A stretch of 64,000 nucleotides of DNA from an uncultured virus (IMG/VR IMGVR_UViG_3300023109_000020) (IMGVR_UViG_3300023109_000020), one strand, 5' to 3'. Numbered from the stretch's first letter, positions 19,398 through 31,400 are shown. Notes: generated from the letters alone by a model not told the origin. Made by a program: numbers and translations.

Positions 19398-20057
19398 TTA
19401 ATAAATTTTTGAATCTAGATCTAATGACGGAAATCCAAGTTTCCAGTGTGGTACAGGACCGTATATGCCGGTAACATAGTCTATCTTTAACTGATTTAAT
19501 TCAGCTTTATAAGCATTAACAGCTACCATTTCTTCTTCTGTGAATTCGCCTTCGTCTATGTCGTCATTAACAGACTGTAATGCGCCGTCGATGCTTTCAA
19601 GAAACTCTTCATCGGTTACATCGTTAACATCATATAACCATTCGTCATAATCCTTTGTTTCTGGATTAAATCGCATATTTTTAATATCGTAAATAGAGTC
19701 TAAATCCGGATCTTCTGGATACTCATACGTATATACTTCGCCGTCTGGAAGTGTTTCTGTATAATTATCAATAGTCATCTTATACGTTGTATTAAGCATA
19801 ACGGCAATTGGAAATATAGTGTCTTGGGCATCTAATTCAAGAATTACGCGACAATCATCAATAGTCCTACGTTCTTCTGCTACTTCAGGTTCCTGCTCGT
19901 CTGACCAATGCACTGGTGCCATTATACATTCTTCATCTGTACAATATTCTAAATATAAATATCTAGGACCATCGTACTTAATAGTAGCTTGACGCTGTTC
20001 AGTTGCAGTTGGCGATAATGGTTCATCGTTTATATAAAATGTAACTGTCTTTTTCAT
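19398..20057 (-). CDS. Acidic protein, putative tail fibre assembly chaperone
   Basis: Follows the Cys-rich paralogues; C-terminal AYKAELNQL...PHWKLGFP resembles the Tfa-type YRQ.LRD...WP ending. Confidence 0.5.
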   Translation of the reverse strand: MKKTVTFYINDEPLSPTATEQRQATIKYDGPRYLYLEYCTDEECIMAPVHWSDEQEPEVAEERRTIDDCRVILELDAQDTIFPIAVMLNTTYKMTIDNYTETLPDGEVYTYEYPEDPDLDSIYDIKNMRFNPETKDYDEWLYDVNDVTDEEFLESIDGALQSVNDDIDEGEFTEEEMVAVNAYKAELNQLKIDYVTGIYGPVPHWKLGFPSLDLDSKIY

Positions 20058-20075
20058 TTTCTTATCCTTTTGTAT

Positions 20076-21035
20076 TTAATTATAAAATGTTATCTTAATT
20101 CCGCCGTGTCCGCCACGTAGACCATTTGATCTAACGCCGGCGCACGGTTGTCCGCTAGTGCCCGGTACTCCTACTGCACCGTAGTGACATCCCGAAGCTT
20201 CGTAGCAACCGCACGGGCTCCAACTTTGCCAGCATCTCCAATTCGAGGTGTGAAACTGTTTTGCTAATCCTGATAGTGCTATATCTAGTTCTGCGCGGCC
20301 ATTTGATGCTTGGTTTTGGGCCGATGGGTACCAGTTTCTATTGTATGATAAACAAGTAAGACCTTCAGCAAAAATTCCTGCGGAAATTGCTAGTGTTACT
20401 GTATCGTTTGATTTACAAATTTGATTACAGCAACAGTGAAAAAAGGTGCACGATATCCCTCCTTCGAGGTTTATATCTCCGCTTGATGCTGGTGCAGGAA
20501 CAGCACTAAATTGTCCGGCTCTATTACAAACAGTACCGCAGTATGTACCGCATGCTGTACTACAATAACCGCATCTACATGCTAAACAACGGAATTGCGC
20601 TGTACTTGTTGTACAATTAGTGTTTCCGGCATACCCAGCTTCTGCTCTAGCACACCCATTATTACCTGAGTTAAACACACATGCTACTGAACAATTTCCT
20701 CGGCCGCCACAACAAAGATTAGTTGATTGTGTTGCGCACCCTGCCCATCCGCATATATAACTACCACTACATACACGGATATATTTTTTACTATATCCTC
20801 CTGAGTTGCCTGGAAGGCCGCTTTTTGAACAACAACACATTCTGCCGCCGCCGCCTGACGACCCCCACACTTCTAATACAGCACAACCAGTACCTGGAGA
20901 ATTCCAACAGAATTGACAAGCTCCGCCACCTGTTTGTGTATGTGTCCAGTAAAATACTGTGCCAGAACTTCCTTTGTCAGCTCCGCTTTGCCTTTGTCGA
21001 TTTCTATCAGTAATAAGTGTACTTAAATTTGCCAT
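20076..21035 (-). CDS. Cys/Gly-rich putative fibre-tip adhesin, paralogue 3
   Basis: 319 aa, ~33 Cys; EVWGSSGGGG, PGNSGGYS and RGGHGGIKITF glycine-rich motifs. Confidence 0.6.
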   Translation of the reverse strand: MANLSTLITDRNRQRQSGADKGSSGTVFYWTHTQTGGGACQFCWNSPGTGCAVLEVWGSSGGGGRMCCCSKSGLPGNSGGYSKKYIRVCSGSYICGWAGCATQSTNLCCGGRGNCSVACVFNSGNNGCARAEAGYAGNTNCTTSTAQFRCLACRCGYCSTACGTYCGTVCNRAGQFSAVPAPASSGDINLEGGISCTFFHCCCNQICKSNDTVTLAISAGIFAEGLTCLSYNRNWYPSAQNQASNGRAELDIALSGLAKQFHTSNWRCWQSWSPCGCYEASGCHYGAVGVPGTSGQPCAGVRSNGLRGGHGGIKITFYN

Positions 21036-21050
21036 ATTACGTTTATTTCC

Positions 21051-22013
21051 TTATGAATAGAATGTTACTTTAACAGCACCGTGTCCGCCACGCATGCCTT
21101 GTGATCTAACACCAGCACAGCCAACACCGCTTGTTCCGGGAATGCCAGGAGTTCCAAAATAACATCCTAAAGCATCATAACAGCCACACTCTCTTGTACC
21201 TTGCCAACAAAAATCCATCTGAGGCATTGTTTGTCCAAATCCAGCGTGAGCAATTTGCATTTCAGCACGACCTGTTGAGCCGCCGCTGCCGTTGTTTGTT
21301 GGTGCTTGGTTTCTTTGGAATTGTAAACTACTTGGACCATCTGACGAATGTATGCCTGCGGCTATTGATACACGATGCTCAACTCCACAAAGTTGATAGC
21401 CTCTACAGCAGCACCAATATCTAGTACATGAAAAGCAGCCATTATAATTTACATCTCCACTAGAACCATTTGCAGGTACAGCACCTTGCGGCCCTCTATA
21501 GTTACAAATAATACCACAACCGCTACTGCCTTCCTGAGTTGCACAAAAGTTACAAGCTCTTAAACAACAATACGGTGTACCACTAGTAATACATCTAGTC
21601 CAGCCGCCATATCCGCCTTCGCCTCTAGCGCATCCGTTGTTACCCGAGTTAAACACACATGCCACTGTACAGTTACCTCGACAACCAGTACACAAGTTTA
21701 AACCATGATGCGAGCATCCTGCCCATCCGCATATATATGTTCCACTACATACTCTAATAAATTTTTTACTATATCCCGGAGCATTTCCAGGCAAGCCTGC
21801 CATAGTGCAACAACACTGACGTCCGCCCGAACCTGCTGACCCCCATACTTCTAGTGCAACACATCCTGTACCAGGTGCTTTGTAACAAAATTGGCATCTG
21901 CCAATTTGTGTATCTGTAAAGGTATAATAATATACCGGACCAGCTGCTAAAGTTTCAACACTTCGTAAGTTGACATTTGCTCTATCATTTAATAGTTTCT
22001 GTAAATTTGCCAT
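21051..22013 (-). CDS. Cys/Gly-rich putative fibre-tip adhesin, paralogue 2
   Basis: 320 aa, ~32 Cys, colinear with its two neighbours. Confidence 0.6.
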   Translation of the reverse strand: MANLQKLLNDRANVNLRSVETLAAGPVYYYTFTDTQIGRCQFCYKAPGTGCVALEVWGSAGSGGRQCCCTMAGLPGNAPGYSKKFIRVCSGTYICGWAGCSHHGLNLCTGCRGNCTVACVFNSGNNGCARGEGGYGGWTRCITSGTPYCCLRACNFCATQEGSSGCGIICNYRGPQGAVPANGSSGDVNYNGCFSCTRYWCCCRGYQLCGVEHRVSIAAGIHSSDGPSSLQFQRNQAPTNNGSGGSTGRAEMQIAHAGFGQTMPQMDFCWQGTRECGCYDALGCYFGTPGIPGTSGVGCAGVRSQGMRGGHGAVKVTFYS

Positions 22014-22028
22014 ATTATGCCTGTTTCC

Positions 22029-22994
22029 TCATGAATAAAATGTTACTTTGATGCCGCCATGACCGCCACGTGTTGGGTTTGCTCTGACGCCGGCACAAGG
22101 TATACCTCCTAGTCCCGGAACTCCAGTACCATTGTAATAACACGATACAAATTCGTAACAAGCACATTCTCTGTTGCCGCTACTCCAGCATGGGTACATT
22201 TGAGGTAACGTTTTAGTAAATGCTTTAACTCCCAATTGTGCTGACATACGTCCTGAATGTGTAGCACAGTTACACCAGTTCATTGGCTCGCCGGCAGTTT
22301 TCATTCTTACACACGGTGAACATTCTTGTCCGTGTACTCCTGGCGATAGAGCTAAGGTGTATTCATAACCACACGATCTACAGTTGTAACACGTACAGAA
22401 TCTAGTACAAGAAATACCACCTGGAATATTTAAATCTCCACTAGATGCATTTGCAGCCACAGCAGTGTTTGGACCTCGATAGTTACAAACAATACCACAG
22501 TATGTACCAATACAAGTTGAGCAAAAATTACATTGGATTCTTAAACAACGGAATTGTGATGTACTAGTTGTACAACGACTAAATCCGCCAAAGCCTGCTT
22601 CTGATCTTGCACATCCGTTATTACCTGAGTTAAACACACATGCTACTGAGCAATTGCCACGTCCGCCGTAGCACAAATTAGTAGGCTGTTGCGAACAACC
22701 GCCCCATCCGCATATATATGTTCCGCTACAGACTCTGGTATACTTTCTACTATAGGCACCTGGATTACCAGGAACGCCTGGACCGGAACAGCAACACATT
22801 CTGCCGCCACCGCCTGAACTTCCCCAAACTTCTACTACTGCACAGCCAGTACCCGGTGACTTCCAACAAAATTGACAACGACCAGTAGCAGTATCAGTAA
22901 AAGCATAATAATATGTTTGACCGCCTTTGGTATCTTCCTCGCCTCGACGAAATACCTGGGCTCTGTCGTTTAAAAGTCTGTTTAAATTAGCCAT
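22029..22994 (-). CDS. Cys/Gly-rich putative fibre-tip adhesin, paralogue 1
   Basis: 321 aa, ~34 Cys, colinear with its two neighbours. Confidence 0.6.
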   Translation of the reverse strand: MANLNRLLNDRAQVFRRGEEDTKGGQTYYYAFTDTATGRCQFCWKSPGTGCAVVEVWGSSGGGGRMCCCSGPGVPGNPGAYSRKYTRVCSGTYICGWGGCSQQPTNLCYGGRGNCSVACVFNSGNNGCARSEAGFGGFSRCTTSTSQFRCLRIQCNFCSTCIGTYCGIVCNYRGPNTAVAANASSGDLNIPGGISCTRFCTCYNCRSCGYEYTLALSPGVHGQECSPCVRMKTAGEPMNWCNCATHSGRMSAQLGVKAFTKTLPQMYPCWSSGNRECACYEFVSCYYNGTGVPGLGGIPCAGVRANPTRGGHGGIKVTFYS

Positions 22995-23010
22995 TTAATT
23001 ACCTTACTCT

Positions 23011-25113
23011 TTATGATAAGAATACCTTCCAGTCGCCGCCTCTGTAAACTAATTCTACTTTAGAATTAGATACGTTCAAAACTAAGTTTTCTGCTACGCC
23101 GCCTATGTTTTTACCGTTTCTTGCAAGTGTGCAGTTAAACGATCCCCAGTTATTTCCGTCTACTAGTACAATAGTTCTGCCATCTGTACCTGTTGCTGGC
23201 AACGTTAGTGTAATAGAACCAGTGTTAGATACAATGTATTTCCTGTCACTGTCTGCAAGAGTTGTTGAACTGTTTTGCGGTGAGTACCCGATAATACCTT
23301 GTGTACCGCCATTGGCAACAATAGTACCACCAGCAAAGATTCTTTTAGCAACACTTACACCGCCTTCAACACGCAATGCACCTGTATCGCCTGAACTATC
23401 AGTTGCGTCTGTAGTGTTTGTAATATCTACTCGACTGCCTACGTTAACAACACTAAAAGTTGAAGTGCCAGTTGAAGTTACATTACCGGTTAAGTTACCA
23501 CTTACGTTACCACTTAGGCTACCAAAGAAACCACCACCGGAGTAAACACGTTTAGCAATACTTGCACCACCTTCACAGCGCAATGTGCCGTTATCGCCGT
23601 TTGTTCCATTAGAATCTGTTGTAGCTGTCAAGTCAAGTACGCTACTAAATGTTACTGTACTATTTGCATTAATAGACGTAAATTGAGCAGTACTTCTAGT
23701 AGTAGCACCAATTGACATATTGTTAATTGATCCACCACCTGCTGGTGATAGTGTAACTGTACCTGATCCTGTTGGACTTAGTGTTACGTTAGCGCCTGGG
23801 CTTAGTGTAACTGTGCTGTTAGCTGTTAGTGTTGTAAATGCACCTGTGCTACGTGAAACATTACCAATTGCACCTTGGAAGCCACCACCGGAGTAAACAC
23901 GTTTAGCAATACTTGCACCACCTTCTACTCTAAGTGTACCTGTATCACCAGTAGCGTCAGTTGCTTCAGTTGTTGCTGTAAAATCTACTGTAGAGTTTGA
24001 TGTTAGTGTTGTAAATGCACCTGAACTGCGTGTTGAGCTACCAATTGCAGTATTTTGAATACTGCCTGCGTGTAGTGCTCCTGCTATACCAACACCACCT
24101 GCTACAACTAGTGTACCAGTTGTAGTGTTAGTTGATGCTACATTTTTAGTAAACGCTACATCGCCATTTGAGCCTAAATTAGTAAATAATGCTGTACTAC
24201 GAGAAGAACTACCAATTGGAGTACCTTGTAAACTTCCTGCATAAATGTCACCACTAATACCTGCGCCACCTGTAACAATAATCGTTCCTGATGTAGTACT
24301 AGTCGATGCAGCGTTTGCAGTAAATGTAGCAGATCCGCCTGCTGTTATTGAAGTAAATGCGCCTGTACTTGGATTTGACGCACCGATACTCATATTAGTA
24401 ATGCCACCGAGTGTGTCAGAACTAATATTTAAAGTTCCGCCTGCACCAATAGTAACATTGCCACCTGGATCTATTGTTACCGATCCGGTTCCAGTTGGTG
24501 ACATATTAATAGTTTGGTTATCTGCTGTGAAGCTAATGTTACCCGGAAAGCTTGTTGCCTTGCCGGCTTCACCTAAGCTTACTGAGCCCGATGCAGATGC
24601 TAGTGTTAAATCGCCTGTAGGACGGATAGTTGCCTGTGCCCCTGGTTGAATTGAGACGGAGGATTGAGGACTAATGTCAACTATGCCAGAGCCGGTTGGT
24701 TTAATTTCTACATTATTGTCTAACGGATTTAATTCAACTTTAGCATCAGCGTTTAGTACATCGTTAAATGTAACTGGAAGTTCAAATACTGTTGTACCAG
24801 CTAACGCACTTGTTAGTACGTAATCTGCACCATCTGATGTTATTTGGTATGTTGAGTTAGTTGGAATATCTACTGATGTTCCAAGTGTAACACCGTTACC
24901 TGTAATTTGTCCTGCTGCTGTTTCTAGTGTAATCATTCCATCAGTAGCATTATAGAATGTTTGCCTACTGCCAGGGAAAAATACTGGACTTACCATTGTC
25001 ACAGTATAACCTGTTGTACCAGTTAAACTAATAATTCCGCCTGTGAACGCATAGGTGAATTCTGTTTCTCCTGTCACTTCCAGTGTCTGTGGTGCTGTAT
25101 TATAACGTGCCAT
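23011..25113 (-). CDS. Ser/Thr/Gly-rich tail fibre shaft protein
   Basis: Repeats such as TGTL.V.GG.GIA and IG.STRS.GAFTTLTAN; C-terminal ITLTLPA...G.TI...D fibre domain. Confidence 0.75.
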   Translation of the reverse strand: MARYNTAPQTLEVTGETEFTYAFTGGIISLTGTTGYTVTMVSPVFFPGSRQTFYNATDGMITLETAAGQITGNGVTLGTSVDIPTNSTYQITSDGADYVLTSALAGTTVFELPVTFNDVLNADAKVELNPLDNNVEIKPTGSGIVDISPQSSVSIQPGAQATIRPTGDLTLASASGSVSLGEAGKATSFPGNISFTADNQTINMSPTGTGSVTIDPGGNVTIGAGGTLNISSDTLGGITNMSIGASNPSTGAFTSITAGGSATFTANAASTSTTSGTIIVTGGAGISGDIYAGSLQGTPIGSSSRSTALFTNLGSNGDVAFTKNVASTNTTTGTLVVAGGVGIAGALHAGSIQNTAIGSSTRSSGAFTTLTSNSTVDFTATTEATDATGDTGTLRVEGGASIAKRVYSGGGFQGAIGNVSRSTGAFTTLTANSTVTLSPGANVTLSPTGSGTVTLSPAGGGSINNMSIGATTRSTAQFTSINANSTVTFSSVLDLTATTDSNGTNGDNGTLRCEGGASIAKRVYSGGGFFGSLSGNVSGNLTGNVTSTGTSTFSVVNVGSRVDITNTTDATDSSGDTGALRVEGGVSVAKRIFAGGTIVANGGTQGIIGYSPQNSSTTLADSDRKYIVSNTGSITLTLPATGTDGRTIVLVDGNNWGSFNCTLARNGKNIGGVAENLVLNVSNSKVELVYRGGDWKVFLS
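23531..23925. repeat. 44 bp exact direct repeat inside the fibre gene
   Basis: ccaccaccggagtaaacacgtttagcaatacttgcaccaccttc at 23531-23574 and 23882-23925 (encodes EGGASIAKRVYSGG). Confidence 0.9.
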
Positions 25114-25133
25114 TTTTTAATTCCCCTGTCAAA

Positions 25134-25454
25134 TTACGTTGTCGATGTTTCGATGCCGTATACAGTTACACCAACGTTACTTTGATTTGTTCTTGCTACT
25201 ATATTTAGTCCGCCCTGCATCACAAGTCCTGTACGCTCAAAAACACCATTTGGAATAATTACAGTTTCATATTCTATAAATTCCTCTGGGTTTGGTGTAG
25301 ATGTTGTTGCCATCGCCAATCTCAATGTAATTGATGTTTGGTTTCTGTTTGTTATAGACACGTTTGCAATCGCATACGTGCCTACAGGAACGGTGTACAC
25401 AGTAGTATCTGTGTCCGCCGTTAAATCCTGTACTCCTAATCTTCCTGTTGCCAT
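25134..25454 (-). CDS. Small beta-rich virion protein (partner paralogue A)
   Basis: 106 aa; similar pattern to 45896-46225 and 56882-57229. Confidence 0.6.
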   Translation of the reverse strand: MATGRLGVQDLTADTDTTVYTVPVGTYAIANVSITNRNQTSITLRLAMATTSTPNPEEFIEYETVIIPNGVFERTGLVMQGGLNIVARTNQSNVGVTVYGIETSTT

Positions 25455-25469
25455 TTTATTTTTCTCCGT

Positions 25470-28400
25470 TTATCTGCTTAAGAAATAGCCTAGTGCTACT
25501 GGTGCACCGTCAACACCGCCTGTGAAGTTCATCTTCGCTTTAATATTTAGCTGTCCTCCACTGGTTGTTGTTATTTCATCGTTTGCAATGAATACTGTAC
25601 CAGCTGTTAGTGTGTTAACGTTCAAGCTACTTTGACCACCACCAATCTGTGCTGTAATGTAGCTTCTAATTGCACGTTGCGTCGGTACAATATTGTCACT
25701 GTTTTCAGTAAAGAATGGATCTGTACTGAACTGTGTAACAATAGCTGAGCCAATGCCTAGTCCAAGACCGTTAATTTGTAGTGACTGTAGACCTGCTAAG
25801 TTAAATGCATCTGCATCCAATGTCGCTGTACCAGTCGACTGTTGTACACCAAATAGTCCGCCAACGTTAAAGTTACCGTCTTGGTCAGTACTTGTGTAGA
25901 ACACTCGTCCGCCGCCACTACCTAATTGCTGTGATTCAATGTACGCCGTTGTAATATCTACAAACGGATAGTTAGTTTTTGCTTTGTTACCAGTGCCAAT
26001 GTACAAGAAGTCATGTCCTGTTAGACGTACTTGCGAGTACTTGTTAGTAGTTGTAATTACTGTACCGTCTTTTGGTGCAGTTAGCACATCTAGTCCTGGA
26101 CTGATCTGGAATGTAGCAGTGTAGCTACCTTCTTGACCAATAACATTACTGATTGTTACTAGTTTGTAGTACTTCTCTGGAATATTTGCAAACTCAACGT
26201 TTGATCCAGGTTCTGGTAATTCAAACAAGTTACGTACAGCAATGAACGTACTTGGTTGATACAAGTCTGCGTTACCATCTCCGCCTAGTTCTGTTGTTGC
26301 TGAACTATAACCCGAACCTCTGTTAGTAAACGTTGGCTGTCCTAGCACACCATTTCTAATTCTTGGATTAACATTAGCATCAACTGTCGAACTTGGATCA
26401 GTAACTGTAACTAGTGGTCCTGCTTGGAAGGTTGATCCGGCTATGTCTTGTGCAACAATAGTTTCAACATCGTAACTTGCTCCGCCACTTATTAGACTTA
26501 CTTCGATAGTGTTACCTGTAACGTCCGATACGTAGTAAAGTGTTTCTGAATTAAGTGCTGCTATTGCAAGATCAGCGCCTTCAAATGTGATCGGCTGTCC
26601 TACATACATATTATCTGTAGAATCAAGCGCAATTGTATTTGGTGAAGTAATAGATACAATGCTTCCTTCTGGATAACCTGAGCCTGGCTCTAACAATGTA
26701 GTAGCAATAAGTGCACCGTCTTCTGCATAACATCTACCGTGTGCTCTTGCACCAGTTTTGATCTTGTTAGCAGTTGTAGCTGCATCGCTTGTTAGTGCTA
26801 CCCAAACTGGAACACTATTCGGGTTACCAAAAATTGGAGTTGACCAGCTTGCTGTTCCACTTAGTGCGCCTTCGTTCCAAGTTAATCCATCTGAGCTAAT
26901 TGCACAGCTAGATGCACCATCGCATACTGCCATAAACAAGCCTTGTCCGTATGCTACTCGTGTCCAGCCAGTTGCACTGATATTATTCAGTGTATCACTT
27001 TCGCTGTACCAATTTGCACCAAAGTCGTAACTAATTGCATATTCGCCTATACTAGATATTGCAACAAAACGTCCGTTACCCCATGCTAGACTTATCCAAT
27101 CACCTAAGGCACTTGGCATATTTCCGCCTTCTTCCCATAGAATACCGTTTACACTAACTGCCGTAAACCCGTCAGTATTAATTGCAACAAAACGTCCTGC
27201 GCCGTATCTCACAGCACTAAATGTGCCGCTTGCCGGAGTAGTCATTGTACGCGGTGTCCAACTAATACCGTCTGTTGATGTTTGTGCTGCGTCAACGCTG
27301 CCAGCACTACCTACTGCAACAAATGTATTAGTACCATGTGTAATTCCTACGTAATGCGAAGCAGTAAACGGATTGCCTGCTGTCCAGTTAGCATTTAATG
27401 CTCCACTTGTTGGTAAGTATGCATTAGTAGTTGAACCATCTGCAATAGCTACCCATTTAGCGTCATCATCTACAATTGTCACAGTTGGCGTAGTTGTATA
27501 ACCTTCACCAAATAGTGGATTATCGTCTACATCAGTGTCTAATCTAATAGCTGTAACACCTTCGTTTTCTAAGTTTGCAATTACTTGTGCTTGAGTTGAT
27601 GCTCCGCCGCCTGTAATTGTTACAGTTGGTGAGCTCTGATATCCTCTGCCACGTGTTTGGACAATTACTTCTGTAAGTTTGTCTGTAGCAGCAGCAACAG
27701 TCGGTGCTTGTGCATAACCAGCACCAGTACTTGTAATAATAATGTTTTGGATAGCACCGTCTTTAACAGTTGCTACCGCAGTAGCACCGCCACCGCCTAG
27801 TGTTGATGTAAACACAATAGTCGGAGGTGTAATATAACCAGTACCGCCTTGGATTACATTTACTCTTGCAATCTGTGTAGGTCCAGGTAATCCAATGCTG
27901 TTTAGTTCGCCTAGTTCTGCCTCAAGTACTGCACCAGTGCCGCCTAATCCGCCAATTACTGCTCTTGCAGTTGCACCTTGTCCACCGCCGAATACTACAT
28001 CGCTCCAGTTAGCACTTGCAGGAAGTGCTCCGCCTGTTGCCCAAGTTTCACCGTCTAGTGAGTAGTTAGTCGACGCTCCTGCGCCGCCTTCAATTGCAAT
28101 AAATCTTCCATCTGCAAATGTACCTGGCCCAAAGTCGATTGCATCAGCAGTTGATATGCTTGCTGCTGTAAATCCTGGCTTAGCGTAAACAATTGCTGGC
28201 TCAACAGTATAACCAGTTGTTAAGTCTAGTGAGTCTTCGCTAGGTTTTCCTGGAATAATGTTATCAAATCCTGCTGCGTACATTGTAACACTTTGTCCTG
28301 TAGTATTTGTTAATGTAATATTAACACCGCCTACACTATCACTTACTGTAAATGTAGTGCTTGACAGAATGTTAGTAATATAGTATACATCACTTGGACT

Positions 28401-31400
28401 ATCGCCTCGGTCTAATCCGCCTATAGCTGCATCAAAGTAAACTGGCATGTCAACGTAAAGTGTAGTAGTATCTGCTACTGTAATTACATTGCCAGTTGCA
28501 CTAGTTGCTGTTACAGTTAAGTTATCAAAACTTGGTCTAAATACTGTACATTTCTTAGTACCGTTGTTGAAGTTAATAATGTTACCATATTGCCCAACGC
28601 CTGTACCTGCTGTAACTTGTGCTCGCATACCATTGTATGCGTCACCTAGTGCAAAGTCTGTTGCTGCAAGTGTAATTGATACTTTGTCACCACCTTGTGC
28701 AACGTTTTGTGCAATTACATAATCTTCGCCGCCTGTGCCATTGCCGTCGTCTACATCAATAATGCGTGCTTCAACAACAGCTTGATCACGGAATTCGTCA
28801 CCAACTGTAGCTGCGTTAAATCCGTTACCACTAATTGCGTATTGTGCGTTAGTATAGCCTGTACCAGCATTACTGTATTCCATTGCAAGTACTTCTTCTT
28901 CGCCATCAGTTGATACACTGTATACCAGTGCGTTCTGTGACAAGTTATCTACGTCTGCAACAATTGGTTCTTCGCCTAAATCTGTACCTTCAGCAATAAC
29001 ACCAAATGTACCATAAGATGAGTTACCATTTGTAGCACGAATACGTCCGCCAAAGTCTGCAATGTATCCTGCATAGTTGTAATATGCGAACACAGATACA
29101 AGCTCTGTTAGTGAGTTGTTACCGCTACACCATACACCAATACCATCTGACAGGATTTGCGTAAAGTCGTTACTAACAACAGATCTGTTACCGCCTGCGT
29201 GTAAAGAACCATCAATCTTGTTACCAATACATCCTGTACCAAATGTTGACACGTTTTGTACATAACATGATTTATTAGTTACCCATGCTTCTGTATCCCA
29301 TGGTCCAAATCCTGGATCAAGTGACACATATGCACCACCTGTCGGACGTCTTGTGCCGAACTGATTCTTCTCGCTCAAGTTTCCTAACAATCCATTAAAT
29401 GTCATGTTACGAGCACCGGTTGCATTACGTACATAGAACATATCACTGTACTGCGATCCTTCTACAGCATTAACATATAGTCTTGCTGCTCTTAGCGAGT
29501 GGTAGTTGCCTGGATACTGTAAATCGTATATAATTGAATCGATGTATGATGCCATATCACGTTTACATGCAGTTTCATCAAATGCATAACTTGCAGTCAT
29601 TGATCCGCTGCCGCCGGTAAATGTGTTAATACTTTCCTCGCCAGGTGCTGTTGTTAATTGTATGTCATTGGCTGAAGGAACCGCTGATACATAGTATGTA
29701 ACTCCTACTTCAATGCCCCCAAATACTGTGCCTGAGAACACAACTGGATCATTAACTTCTAAGTTGTGTGGCGCACTAAACGATAATGCACCTGGAGATC
29801 CGACTATGTCAGTTACTTCTCCACCAAAGTTAGCTTTAATCCAAGCAGTTGCTTCGCTGCCTAAGAAGTCTTTGTTAACTTTCAACGCATCTACTGCATT
29901 AATAGTTTCTCTATCGTTGAAGTACGTAACTGTGCCTTGCATTTCTGGGGTTACTTTAGCACCCTTTTCAATTATGTTAATAACAATATTCATTAAGTTA
30001 TTAACGCGAACTTTTACACTACTATTGTCGTTGCGTCCACCGTAGTTAACACTACTGCCTTCGCCAGATACATATGTAGTAATGAAGTTTTTAAGTTCTC
30101 TATATGCTTGTACAGTTGCTAAACGCTGTTCTTTAATTACTACGTCTGCTTGTGTACCTCTGTAGTAAGATAATGCAGCTATAGTAGTTAAGTAGTTAGT
30201 ATCAAGAAGCATGTCTTTGCCAACTGCGTCGATAATTAAACCTACATCTCTTTCGCACTTAGCTTGATTGTAAACCAGTGTTGGGAATTTTTCAACAATG
30301 TAATCTGTAACTTTTTCTTGTATTAAAGATTTAGAACCTTGAATGTTTGTAAATTGCTGTTTAAAGTTAGCAGTTACGTTGCTTAAATCCGGAGTTCTAA
30401 CTACATTGATAATGTCTTCAAGTCCAGTAGCATCTGACAACGCTGCTTCAGGACCATTAAAGAATGTAGATAGTGTAAACGTTGTACTAGTAGGAACAGT
30501 TTTAACATAATATGTTCCAGTATCTAATTCACCATTAATTGAATCTACTATTAACTCAGTACCTATAGTAAAGTTATGAACTTCTGAAGTTGTAAGAGCG
30601 TTAGAAGCAACATCTGTTACTGTAACTCTGTTAATATACTCGCCAATACTTAAATTATTATAAAGCGCTGTCATTAATTCTTCAACACGAGCAAATGTTC
30701 CTGCATCACCTGTTAACTGACTTTCGTCTCTCAATTTAGGTTCTACACGAGTTTGCAATGCTCCAGGACTGCTTACGCTATTTATAGCAAGACTCATTGC
30801 AACAAACTTAACATAATCATATGCTGCTAATGTTGCTTCTAATTCGTTATCGCCTAGCTGGACAGAATTATTATAGTAATAATATTCGAACATTTTGTAT
30901 GTTGCGTACTCTCCGCCGAACGATAAGTCATAACGTAATGCATCTACAATATATCCAACATCTCTGCGACATTTAGCTTCGTCGTATTCAATTTCTGGGA
31001 ATTCTTGCGTAATGTGTTCAATAACTTCTTCTTGAATATATGCCTTGTTTTCCCAAATTGTAGAAGCGCCGCAAATGTCTGGATTGTCTTCTAAATTAGT
31101 ATCTCTCCATTTCGGAGTAGGTAATGCGCCGCCGTCGATGTAGCTAGTAATATCTGTAACTAGTTGCTTGATTGCTTCGTTTGGTGCAGTTAATGCAACA
31201 CGTCTTGCTTTTTCAGCTAAGAAGTTCATAGCACCAACAGTAGCATTTAATTCGCCCTTTAATGTCTTAAGTGCTGACGGAATAGCTCTATAGTACGACA
31301 TTCCTGCTTTAATTGTTGCAAAGTTAGAACCTGTAACAACATCACGTGCAAGAGCGTCAACAATTAAACCTGCATCTCTTTTGCAAGTTGCCTGATTATA

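Noticed and set aside
20076..22994. Stop-codon recoding or selenocysteine in the Cys-rich genes
   Set aside because: ORFs are intact in the standard code; the TGA of 22029-22994 aligns with the TAA stops of its paralogues
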